DNA of 64,000 bases from Eledone cirrhosa (Eukaryota). The notes beneath the pieces are model-generated. The model did no database searches. It worked only from the letters and a program-made list of their open reading frames with translations, and was not told the DNA's origin. Position numbers and translations under genes: made by a program. Below are positions 14,301 through 27,900 of this stretch, in pieces (positions within the stretch are counted from its first letter, which is position 1; the number at the start of each line of letters is the position of its first letter). Location of the stretch: assembly GCA_964016885.1 (NCBI GenBank), contig OZ024744.1, positions 31,496,001 through 31,560,000 of the forward strand. Direction: 5' to 3'.

Positions 14301-17300
14301 ATGTCCTTTGTCATAGCCAACTGAGACGTAGGTAAACCCAGTACTAACTAATGTCCACTGTCATGGTCAACTGAGACGTTGGTAAACCCAGTACTAACAA
14401 ATGTCCTATGTCATGGCCAACTGAGATATTGCTAAACCCAGTGTTATCTAATGTCCTATGTCATGACCAACTGAGACGTTGGTATACCCAGTACTAACGA
14501 ATGTCCTCTGTCATGGCCAACTGAGACATTGGTAAACCCAGTATAAACTAATGACCTATGTCATGGCCAACTGAGACGTTAGTAAACCCAGTACTAACTA
14601 ATGTCCTATGTCATGACCAACTGAGACATTGGTAAACCCAGTACTAACTAATGTCCTATGTCATGGCCAACTGAGACATTGGTAAACCCAGTACTAACTA
14701 ATCTCCCATGTCATGGCCAACTGAAACGTTGGTAAACCCAGTACTAACTGATGTCCTCTGTCATAGCCAACTGAGACGTAGGTAAACCCAGTACTAACTA
14801 ATGTCCTCTGTCATGGCCAACTGAGACGTTGGTAAACCTAGTACTAACTAATGTCCTCTGTCATGGCCAACTGAGATATTGATAAACCCAGTATTATCTA
14901 ATGTCCTATGTCATGACCAACTGAGACGTAGGTAAACCCAGTACTAACTAATGTCCTCTGTCATGGCCAACTGAGACGTAGGTAAACCCAGTACTAACTA
15001 ATGTCCTATGTCATGGCCAACTGAGACATTGGTAAACCCAGTACTATCTAATGTCCTATGTCATGGCCAACTGAGACGTTGGTAAACCCAGTACTAACTA
15101 ATGTCTTATGTCATGGCCAACTGAGACATTTGTAAACCTAGTACTAACTAATGTCCTCTGTCATGGCCAACCGAGACGGTGGTAAACCCAGTTCTAACTA
15201 TTGTCCTCTGTCATGGTCAACGGAGACGTTGGTAAACCCAGTACTAACTAATGTCCTATGTCATGACCAACTGAGACATTGGTAAACCCAGTACTAACTA
15301 ATGTCCTATGTCATGACCAACTGAGACGTAGGTAAATCCAGTACTAACTAATGACATATGTCATGACCAACTGAGACATTGGTAAACCCAGTACTAACTA
15401 ATGTCCTATGTCATGGCCAACTGAGGCGTTGGTAAACCCAGTACTAACTAATGTCCTATGTCATGACCAACTGAGACGTTGGTAAACCCAGTATTAACTA
15501 ATGTCCTATGTCATGGCCAACTGAGACGTTGGTAAACCCAGTACTAACTAATGTCCTATGTCATGGCCAACTGAGACGTTGGTAAACCCAGTATTAACTA
15601 ATGTCCTATGTCATGGCCAACTGAGACATTGGTAAACACAGTACTAACTAATGTCGTATGTCATGGCCAACTGAGACATTGGTAAACCCAGTACTAACTA
15701 ATGTCCTATGTCATGGCCAATTGAGACGTTGGTAAACACAGTACTAACTAATGTACTCTCTCCTGGCCAACTGAGACGTTGGTAAACCCAGTACTAACTA
15801 ATGTCCTATGTCATCACCAACTGAGATATTGCTAAACCCAGTACTAATTAATGTCCTATGTCATGACCAACTGAGACGTAGGTAAATCCAGTACTAACTA
15901 ATGACATATGTCATGACCAACTGAGACATTGGTAAACCCAGTACTAACTAATGTCCTATGTCATGGCCAACTGAGACGTTGGTAAACCCAGTACTAACTA
16001 ATGTCCTATGTCATGACCAACTGAGACGTTGGTAAACCCAGTATTAACTAATGTCCTATGTCATGGCCAACTGAGACGTTGGTAAACCCAGTACTAACTA
16101 ATGTCCTATGTCATGGCCAACTGAGACGTTGGTAAACCCAGTATTAACTAATGTCCTATGTCATGGCCAACTGAGACATTGGTAAACACAGTACTAACTA
16201 ATGTCGTATGTCATGGCCAACTGAGACATTGGTAAACCCAGTACTAACTAATGTCCTATGTCATGGCCAATTGAGACGTTGGTAAACACAGTACTAACTA
16301 ATGTACTCTCTCCTGGCCAACTGAGACGTTGGTAAACCCAGTACTAACTAATGTCCTATGTCATGACCAACTGAGATATTGCTAAACCCAGTACTAATTA
16401 ATGTCCTATGTCATGGCCAACTGAGAGATTGGTAAAGCCAGTACTAACTAATGTCCTATGTCATGGACAAATGAGACGTAGGTAAATCCAGTTCTAACTA
16501 ATGTCCTCTGTCGTGGCCAACTGAGACGTAGGTAAACCCAGTACTAACTAATGTCCTCTGTCATGGCCAACTGAGACGTTGGTAAACCCAGTACTAACTA
16601 ATGTCCTCTGTCATGGCCAACTGAGATATTGCTAAACCCAGTATTATCTAATGTCCTCTGTCATGACCAACTGAGACGTTGGTATACCCAGTACTAACGA
16701 ATGTCCTCTGTCATGGCCAACTGAGACATTGGTAAACCCAGTATAAACTAATGTCCTATGTCATGACCAACTGAGACGTTGGTAAACCCAGTACTAACTA
16801 ACGCCCTATGTCATGGCCAACTGAGACGTTGGTAAACCCAGTACTAACTATTGTCCTCTGTCATGGCCAACTGAGACGTTGGTAAACACAGTACTAACTA
16901 ATGTCTTATGTCATGGCCAACTGAGATGGTGGTAAACCCAGTACTAACTAATGTCCTCTGTCATGGCCAACTGAGACATTGGTAAACCCAGTACTAATTA
17001 ATGTCCTCTGTCATGGCCAACTGAGACGTTGGTAAACCCAGTACTAACTAATGTCCTATGTCATGGCCAACTGAGACGTTGGTAAACCCAGTACTAACAA
17101 ATGTCCTACGTCATGACCAACTGAGACGTTGGTAAACCCAGTACTAACTAATGTCCTATGTCATGACCAACTGAGACATTGGTAAACCCAGTACTGACTA
17201 ATGTCCTATATCATGGCCAACTGAGACGTTGGTAAACCCAGTACTAACTAATGTCCTCTGTCATGGCCAACTGAGACATTGGTAAACCCAGTACTAACTA

Positions 17301-19150
17301 ATGTCCTATGTCATGACCAACTGAGACATTGGTAAACCCAGTACTAACTAATCTCCTATGTCATGGCCAACTGAGACGCTGGTAAATCCAGTCCTAACTA
17401 ATGTCCTCTCTCATGGCCAACTGAGACGTTGGTAAACCCAGTACTAACTAATGTTCTCTGTCATGGCCAACTGAGACGTAGGTAAACCCAGTACAAACTA
17501 ATGTCCTCTGTCATGGCCAACTGAGAGATTGGTAAACCCAGTACTAACTAATGTCCTATGTCATGGACAAATGAGACGTAGGTAAATCCAGTACTAACAA
17601 ATGTCCTCTGTCATGGCCAACTGAGACATTCGTAAACCCTGTACTAACTAATGTCCTCTGTCATGGCCAACTGAGTCATTGGTAAACCCAGTAATAACTA
17701 ATGTCCTATGTCATGGCCAACTGAGACGATGGTAAACCCAGTACTAAATAATGTCCTCTGTCATAGCCAACTGAGACATTCGTAAACCCAGTACTAACTA
17801 ATGTCCTCTGTCATGGCCAACTGAGAGATTGGTAAACCCAGTACTAACTAATGTCCTATGTCATGGCCAACTGAGACATTGGTAAGCCCAGTATAAACTA
17901 ATGTCCTATGTCATGACCAGCTCAGACGTTGGTAAACCCATTACTAACTAACGCCCTATGTCATGGCCAACTGAGACGTTGGTAAACCCAGTACTAACTA
18001 ATGTCCTCTGTCATGGCCAACTGAGACGTTGGTAAACACAGTACTAACTAATGTCTTATGTCATGGCCAACTGAGATGTTGGTAAACCCAGGACTAACTA
18101 ATGTCCTCTGTCATGGCAAACTGAGACATTGGTAAACCCAGTACTAACTAATGTCCTCTGTCATGGCCAACTGAGACGTTGGTAAACCCAGTACTAACTA
18201 ATGCCCTATGTCATGGCCAACTGAGACGTTGGTAAATCCAGTACTAACTAATGTCCTATGTCATGACCAACTGAGACATTGGTAAACCCAGTACTAACTA
18301 ATGTCTTATGTCATGGCCAACTGAGACGTTGGTAAACCCAGTACTAACTAATGTCCTCTGTCATGGCCAACTGAGACATTGGTAAACCCAGTACTAACTA
18401 ATGTCCTATGTCATGACCAACTGAGACATTGGTAAACCCAGTACTAACTAATGTCCTATGTCATGGCCAACTGAGACGCTGGTAAATCCAGTACTAACTA
18501 ATGTCCTCTCTCATGGCCAACTGAGACGTTGGTAAACCCAGTACTAACTAATATTCTCTGTCATGGCCAACTGAGACGTAGGTAAACCCAGTACAAACTA
18601 ATGTCCTCTGTCATGGCCAACTGAGACGTTGGTAAACCCAGTTTTAACTAATGTCCTATGTCATGGCCAACTGACACGATGGTAAACCCAGTACTAAATA
18701 ATGTTCTCTGTCATGGCCAACTGAGACATTGGTAAACCCAGTTCTAACTAATGTCCTATGTCATGGCCAACTGAGACATTGGTAAACCCAGTACTATCTA
18801 ATGTCCTATGTCATGGCCAACTGAGACGTTGGTAAACCCAGTACTAACTAATGTCCTCTGTCATGACCCACTGAGAGATTGGTAAACCCAGTACTAACTA
18901 ATGTCCTATGTCATGACCAACTGAGAGATTGGTAAACCCAGTACTAACTCATGTCCTATGTCATGGCCAACTGAGACGATGGTAAACCCAGTACTAACTA
19001 ATGTCTTATGTCATGGCCAACTGAGACATTGGTAAACCTAGTACTAACTAATGTCCTCTGTCATGGCCAACCGAGACGGTGGTAAACCCAGTACTAACTA
19101 TTGTCCTCTGTCATGGTCAACGGAGACGTTGGTAAACCCAGTACTAACTA
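2302..19150 (+). repeat. Tandem duplication of a ~8.4-8.5 kb block (about 169 monomers): ~2302-10750 and ~10751-19150
   Basis: Rare markers recur in the same order: ttcgtaaaacaag 2731/11180 (offset 8449), 1-bp deletion tgtatgg 4311/12810 (8499), actgacacga 10271/18670 (8399). Offsets differ by whole monomers. Confidence 0.9.
6851..7950 (+). repeat. 550-bp (11-monomer) tandem duplication, also present in the second 8.4-kb copy at ~15300-16400
   Basis: aatgacatat at 6901/7451 and 15350/15900; aatgtactctctcctgg at 7301/7851 and 15750/16300. Confidence 0.9.
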
Positions 19151-22100
19151 ATGACCTATGTCATGACCAACTGAGACATTGGTAAACCCAGTACTAACTA
19201 ATGTCCTATGTCATGACCAACTGAGACGTAGGTAAATCCAGTACTAACTAATGACCTATGTCATGACCAACTGAGACATTGGTAAACCCAGTACTAACTA
19301 ATGTCCTATGTCATGGCCAACTGAGACGTTGGTAAACCCAGTACTAACTAATGTCCTATGTCATGACCAACTGAGACGTTGGTAACCCAGTATTAACTAA
19401 TGTCCTATGTCATGGCCAACTGAGACGTTGCTAAACCCAGTACTAACTAATGTCCTATGTCATGGCCAACTGAGACGTTGGTAAACCCAGTATTAACTAA
19501 TGTCCTATGTCATGGCCAACTGAGACATTGGTAAACACAGTACTAACTAATGTCGTATGTCATGGCCAACTGAGACATTGGTAAACCCAGTACTAACTAA
19601 TGTCCTATGTCATGGCCAATTGAGACGTTGATAAACACAGTACTAACTAATGTACTCTCTCCTGGCCAACTGAGACGTTGGTAAACCCAGTACTAACTAA
19701 TGTCCTACGTCATGACCAACTGAGATATTGCTAAACCCAGTACTAATTAATGTCCTATGTCATGGCCAACTGAGAGATTGGTAAAGCCAGTACTAACTAA
19801 TGTCCTATGTCATGGACAAATGAGACGTAGGTAAATCCAGTTCTAACTAATGTCCTCTGTCATGGCCAACTGAGACATTCGTAAAGCAAGTACTAACTAA
19901 TGTCCTCTGTCATGGCCAACTGAGTCATTGGTAAACCCAGTACTAACTAATGTCCTATGTCATGGCCAACTGAGACGTTGGTAAATCCAGTACTAACTAA
20001 TGTCCTTTCTCATGACCAACTGAGACGTTGGTAAACCCAGTACAAACTAATGTTCTCTGTCATGGCCAACTGACACGTAGGTAAACCCAGTACTAACTAA
20101 TGTCCTATGTCATCGCCAACTGAGACGTTGGTAAACCCAATACTAACTAATGTCCTATGTCATGACCAACTGAGACGTTGGTAAACCCAGTACTAACTAA
20201 TGTCCTCTGTCATGGCCAACTTAGACGTAGGTAAACCCAGTACTAACTAATGTCCTCTGTCATGGCCAACTGAGACGTTGGTAAACCCAGTACTAACTAA
20301 TGTCCTCTGTCATTAACAACTGAGACGTAGGTAAACCCAGTACTAACTAATGTCCTATGTCATGGCCAACTGAGACGTTGGTAAACCCAGTTTTAACTAA
20401 TGTCCTATGTCATGACCAACTGAGACATTGGTAAACCCAGTACTAACTAATGTCCTATGTCATGGCCAACTGAGACGTTGGTAAACCCAGTATTAACTAA
20501 TGTCCTATGTCATGGCCAACTGAGACGTTGGTAAACCCAGTACTAACTAATGTCCTATGTCATGGCCAACTGAGACGTTGGTAAACCCAGTATTAACTAA
20601 TGTCCTATGTCATGGCCAACTGAGACATTGGTAAACACAGTACTAACTAATGTCGTATGTCATGGCCAACTGAGACATTGGTAAACCCAGTACTAACTAA
20701 TGTCCTATGTCATGGCCAATTGAGACGTTGGTAAACACAGTACTAACTAATGTACTCTCTCCTGGCCAACTGAGACGTTGGTAAACCCAGTACTAACTAA
20801 TGTCCTATGTCATGACCAACTGAGATATTGCTAAACCCAGTACTAATTAATGTCCTATGTCATGGCCAACTGAGAGATTGGTAAAGCCAGTACTAACTAA
20901 TGTCCTATGTCATGGACAAATGAGACGTAGGTAAATCCAGTTCTAACTAATGTCCTCTGTCGTGGCCAACTGAGACGTAGGTAAACCCAGTACTAACTAA
21001 TGTCCTCTGTCATGGCCAACTGAGACGTTGGTAAACCCAGTACTAACTAATGTCCTCTGTCATGGCCAACTGAGATATTGCTAAACCCAGTATTATCTAA
21101 TGTCCTCTGTCATGACCAACTGAGACGTTGGTATACCCAGTACTAACGAATGTCCTCTGTCATGGCCAACTGAGACATTGGTAAACCCAGTATAAACTAA
21201 TGTCCTATGTCATGACCAACTGAGACGTTGGTAAACCCAGTACTAACTAACGCCCTATGTCATGGCCAACTGAGACGTTGGTAAACCCAGTACTAACTAT
21301 TGTCCTCTGTCATGGCCAACTGAGACGTTGGTAAACACAGTACTAACTAATGTCTTATGTCATGGCCAACTGAGATGGTGGTAAACCCAGTACTAACTAA
21401 TGTCCTCTGTCATGGCCAACTGAGACATTGGTAAACCCAGTACTAATTAATGTCCTCTGTCATGGCCAACTGAGACGTTGGTAAACCCAGTACTAACTAA
21501 TGTCCTATGTCATGGCCAACTGAGACGTTGGTAAACCCAGTACTAACAAATGTCCTACGTCATGACCAACTGAGACGTTGGTAAACCCAGTACTAACTAA
21601 TGTCCTATGTCATGACCAACTGAGACATTGGTAAACCCAGTACTGACTAATGTCCTATATCATGGCCAACTGAGACGTTGGTAAACCCAGTACTAACTAA
21701 TGTCCTCTGTCATGGCCAACTGAGACATTGGTAAACCCAGTACTAACTAATGTCCTATGTCATGACCAACTGAGACATTGGTAAACCCAGTACTAACTAA
21801 TCTCCTATGTCATGGCCAACTGAGACGCTGGTAAATCCAGTCCTAACTAATGTCCTCTCTCATGGCCAACTGAGACGTTGGTAAACCCAGTACTAACTAA
21901 TGTTCTCTGTCATGGCCAACTGAGACGTAGGTAAACCCAGTACAAACTAATGTCCTCTGTCATGGCCAACTGAGAGATTGGTAAACCCAGTACTAACTAA
22001 TGTCCTATGTCATGGACAAATGAGACGTAGGTAAATCCAGTACTAACAAATGTCCTCTGTCATGGCCAACTGAGACATTCGTAAACCCTGTACTAACTAA

Positions 22101-24930
22101 TGTCCTCTGTCATGGCCAACTGAGTCATTGGTAAACCCAGTAATAACTAATGTCCTATGTCATGGCCAACTGAGACGATGGTAAACCCAGTACTAAATAA
22201 TGTCCTCTGTCATAGCCAACTGAGACATTCGTAAACCCAGTACTAACTAATGTCCTCTGTCATGGCCAACTGAGAGATTGGTAAACCCAGTACTAACTAA
22301 TGTCCTATGTCATGGCCAACTGAGACATTGGTAAGCCCAGTATAAACTAATGTCCTATGTCATGACCAGCTCAGACGTTGGTAAACCCATTACTAACTAA
22401 CGCCCTATGTCATGGCCAACTGAGACGTTGGTAAACCCAGTACTAACTAATGTCCTCTGTCATGGCCAACTGAGACGTTGGTAAACACAGTACTAACTAA
22501 TGTCTTATGTCATGGCCAACTGAGATGTTGGTAAACCCAGGACTAACTAATGTCCTCTGTCATGGCAAACTGAGACATTGGTAAACCCAGTACTAACTAA
22601 TGTCCTCTGTCATGGCCAACTGAGACGTTGGTAAACCCAGTACTAACTAATGCCCTATGTCATGGCCAACTGAGACGTTGGTAAATCCAGTACTAACTAA
22701 TGTCCTATGTCATGACCAACTGAGACATTGGTAAACCCAGTACTAACTAATGTCTTATGTCATGGCCAACTGAGACGTTGGTAAACCCAGTACTAACTAA
22801 TGTCCTCTGTCATGGCCAACTGAGACATTGGTAAACCCAGTACTAACTAATGTCCTATGTCATGACCAACTGAGACATTGGTAAACCCAGTACTAACTAA
22901 TGTCCTATGTCATGGCCAACTGAGACGCTGGTAAATCCAGTACTAACTAATGTCCTCTCTCATGGCCAACTGAGACGTTGGTAAACCCAGTACTAACTAA
23001 TATTCTCTGTCATGGCCAACTGAGACGTAGGTAAACCCAGTACAAACTAATGTCCTCTGTCATGGCCAACTGAGACGTTGGTAAACCCAGTTTTAACTAA
23101 TGTCCTATGTCATGGCCAACTGACACGATGGTAAACCCAGTACTAAATAATGTTCTCTGTCATGGCCAACTGAGACATTGGTAAACCCAGTTCTAACTAA
23201 TGTCCTATGTCATGGCCAACTGAGACATTGGTAAACCCAGTACTATCTAATGTCCTATGTCATGGCCAACTGAGACGTTGGTAAACCCAGTACTAACTAA
23301 TGTCCTCTGTCATGACCCACTGAGAGATTGGTAAACCCAGTACTAACTAATGTCCTATGTCATGACCAACTGAGAGATTGGTAAACCCAGTACTAACTCA
23401 TGTCCTATGTCATGGCCAACTGAGACGATGGTAAACCCAGTACTAACTAATGTCTTATGTCATGGCCAACTGAGACATTGGTAAACCTAGTACTAACTAA
23501 TGTCCTCTGTCATGGCCAACCGAGACGGTGGTAAACCCAGTACTAACTATTGTCCTCTGTCATGGTCAACGGAGACGTTGGTAAACCCAGTACTAACTAA
23601 TGACCTATGTCATGACCAACTGAGACATTGGTAAACCCAGTACTAACTAATGTCCTATGTCATGACCAACTGAGACGTAGGTAAATCCAGTACTAACTAA
23701 TGACCTATGTCATGACCAACTGAGACATTGGTAAACCCAGTACTAACTAATGTCCTATGTCATGGCCAACTGAGACGTTGGTAAACCCAGTACTAACTAA
23801 TGTCCTATGTCATGACCAACTGAGACGTTGGTAACCCAGTATTAACTAATGTCCTATGTCATGGCCAACTGAGACGTTGCTAAACCCAGTACTAACTAAT
23901 GTCCTATGTCATGGCCAACTGAGACGTTGGTAAACCCAGTATTAACTAATGTCCTATGTCATGGCCAACTGAGACATTGGTAAACACAGTACTAACTAAT
24001 GTCGTATGTCATGGCCAACTGAGACATTGGTAAACCCAGTACTAACTAATGTCCTATGTCATGGCCAATTGAGACGTTGATAAACACAGTACTAACTAAT
24101 GTACTCTCTCCTGGCCAACTGAGACGTTGGTAAACCCAGTACTAACTAATGTCCTACGTCATGACCAACTGAGATATTGCTAAACCCAGTACTAATTAAT
24201 GTCCTATGTCATGGCCAACTGAGAGATTGGTAAAGCCAGTACTAACTAATGTCCTATGTCATGGACAAATGAGACGTAGGTAAATCCAGTTCTAACTAAT
24301 GTCCTCTGTCATGGCCAACTGAGACATTCGTAAAGCAAGTACTAACTAATGTCCTCTGTCATGGCCAACTGAGTCATTGGTAAACCCAGTACTAACTAAT
24401 GTCCTATGTCATGGCCAACTGAGACGTTGGTAAATCCAGTACTAACTAATGTCCTTTCTCATGACCAACTGAGACGTTGGTAAACCCAGTACAAACTAAT
24501 GTTCTCTGTCATGGCCAACTGACACGTAGGTAAACCCAGTACTAACTAATGTCCTATGTCATCGCCAACTGAGACGTTGGTAAACCCAATACTAACTAAT
24601 GTCCTATGTCATGACCAACTGAGACGTTGGTAAACCCAGTACTAACTAATGTCCTCTGTCATGGCCAACTTAGACGTAGGTAAACCCAGTACTAACTAAT
24701 GTCCTCTGTCATGGCCAACTGAGACGTTGGTAAACCCAGTACTAACTAATGTCCTCTGTCATTAACAACTGAGACGTAGGTAAACCCAGTACTAACTAAT
24801 GTCCTATGTCATGGCCAACTGAGACGTTGGTAAACCCAGTTTTAACTAATGTCCTATGTCATGACCAACTGAGACATTGGTAAACCCAGTACTAACTAAT
24901 GTCCTATGTCATGGCCAACTGAGACGTTGG
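16030..24930 (+). repeat. Tandem duplication with 4449-bp period (89 monomers minus 1 bp)
   Basis: tcgtggcc 16511/20960, deletion allele ggtaacccag 19381/23830, cattaacaac 20311/24760, ttttaact 20391/24840. All are offset by 4449. Confidence 0.92.
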
Positions 24931-27900
24931 TAAACCCAGTACTAACTAATGTCTTATGTCATGGCCAACTGAGACATTGGTAAACCCAGTACTAACTAAT
25001 GTCCTCTGTCATGGCCAACCGAGACGGTGGTAAACCCAGTACTAACTAATGTCCTCTGTCATGGCCAACGGAGACGTTGGTAAACCCAGTACTAACTAAT
25101 GTCCTATGTCATGACCATCTGAGACATTGGTAAACCCAGTACTAACTAATGTCCTCTCTCATGGCCAACTGAGACGTTGGTAAACCCAGTACTAACTAAT
25201 GTCCTCTGTCATAGCCAACTGAGACATAGGTAAACCCAGTACTAACTAATGTCCTCTGTCATGGCCAACTGAGACGTTGGTAAACCCAGTACTAACTAAT
25301 GTCCTCTGTCATGACCAACTGAGATATTGCTAAACCCAGTGTTATCTAATGTCCTATGTCATGACCAACTGAGACGTTGGTATACCCAGTACTAACGAAT
25401 GCCTCTGTCATGGCCAACTGAGACATTGTTAAACCCAGTATAAACTAATGACCTACGTCATGGCCAACTGAGACGTTGGTAAACCCAGTACTAATTGATG
25501 TCCTCTCTTATGGCCAACTGAGACGATGGTAAACCCAGTACTAAATAATGTCCTCTGTCATGGCCAACTGAGCCGTTGGTAAACCCAGTTCTATCTAATG
25601 TCCTATGTCATGACCAACTGAGACGTTGGTAAAACCAGTACTAACTAATGTTCTCTGTCATGGCCAACTGAGACGTAGGTAAACCCAGTACTAACTAATG
25701 TCCTCTGTCATGGCCAACTGAGACATTGGTAAACCCAGTACTATCTAATGTCCTATGTCATGCCCAACTGAGACATTTGTAAACCCAGTACTAACTAATG
25801 TCCTCTGTTATGGCCAACTGAGACATTCGTAAACCCAGTACTAACTAATGTCCTCTGTTATGGCCAACTGAGAGATTGGTAAACCCAGTACTAACTCATG
25901 TCCTATGTCATGATCAACTGAGACATTGGTAAACCCAGTACTAACTAATGTCCTATGTCATGGCTAACTGAGACGTTGGTAAACTCAGTACTAACTAATG
26001 TCCTCTGTCATGGCCAACTGAGACATTGGTAAACACAGTACTAACTAATGTCCTATGTCATGGTTAACTGAGACGTTGGTAAACTCAGTACTAACTAATG
26101 TCCTCTGTCATGGCCAACTGACACATTGGTAAACCCAGTACTAACTAATGTCCTATGTCATGACCAAATGAGATATTGGTAAACCCATTACTAACTAATG
26201 TCCTATGTCATGACCAACTGAGACGATGGTAAACCCAGTACTAAATAATTTCCTCTGCCATGGCCAACTGAGACGGTGGTAAACCCAGTACTAACTAATG
26301 TCCTCTGTCATGGCCAACGGAGACGTTGGTAAACCCAGTACTAACTAATGTCCTATGTCATGACCATCTGAGACATTGGTAAACCCAGTACTAACTAATG
26401 TCCTCTCTCATGGCCAACTGAGACATTGGTAAACCCAGTACTATCTAATGTCCTATGTCATGGCACACTGAGACGTTGGTAAAACCAGTACTAATTAATG
26501 TCCTCTCTCATGGCCAACTGAGACGATGGTAAACCCAGTACTAAATAATGTCCTCTGTCATGGCCAACTGAGACATTGGTAAACCCAGTACTAACTAATG
26601 TCCTCTGTCATGGCCAACTGAGCCGTTGGAAAACCCAGTACTATCTAATGTCCTATGTCATGATCAACTGAGACGTTGGTAAACCCAGTACTAACTAATG
26701 TCCTCTGTCATGGCCATCTGAGACATTCGTAAACCCAGTACTAACTAATGTCCTCTGTTATGGCCAACTGAGAGATTGGTAAACCCAGTACTAACTAATG
26801 TCCTATGTCATGACCAACTGAGACATTGGTAAACCCAGTACTAACTGATGTCCTATGTCATTGTGCCAACTGTGACGTTGGTAAACCCAGTACTAACTAA
26901 TGTCCTCTGTCATGGCCAACTGAGACATTGGTAAACCCAGTACTAACTAATGTCCTATGACATGGCCAACTGAGACGTTGGTAAATCCAGTACTAACTAA
27001 TGTCCTCTCTCATGACCAACTGAGACGTTGGTAAACCCAGTACAAACTAATGTCCTATGTCATGGCCAACTGACACGTAGGTAAACCCAGTACTAACTAA
27101 TCTCCTCTGTCATGGCCAACTGAGACGTTGGTAAAACCAGTATTAACTAATGTCCTATGTCATGGCCAACTGAGACATTGGTAAACCCAGTACTAACTAA
27201 TGTCCTATGTCATCGCCAACTGAGACGTTGGTAAACCCAGTACTAACTAATGTCCTATGTCATGACCAACTGAGACGTTGGTAAACCCAGTACTAACTAA
27301 TGTCCTCTGTCATGGCCAAATGAGACGTTGGTAAACCCAGTACTAACTAATGTCCTATGTCATGGCCAACTGAGACGTTGATAAACCCAGTACTAACTAA
27401 TGTCCTATGTCATTACCAACTGAGACATTGGTAAACCCAGTACTAACTAATGTCCTCTGTCATTAACAACTGAGACGTAGGTAAACCCAGTACTAACTAA
27501 TGTCCTCTGTCATGGCCAACTGAGACATTGGTAAACCCAGTACTAACTAATGTCCTCTGTCATGGCCAACCGAGACGGTGGTAAACCCAGTACTAACTAA
27601 TGTCCTCTGACATGGCCAACGGAGACGTTGGTAAAACCAGTACTAACTAATGTCCTATGTCATGACCAACTGAGACATTGGTAAACCCAGTACTAACTAA
27701 TGTCCTATATCATGGCCAACTGAGACATTGGTAAACCCAGTACTATCTAATGTCCTATGTCATGGCACACTGAGACGTTGGTAAACCCAGTACTAATTAA
27801 TGTCCTCTCTCATGGCCAATTGAGACGTTGGTAAACCCAGTACTAACTAATGTCCTCTTTCATAGCCAACTGAGACGTAGGTAAACACAGTACTAACTAA

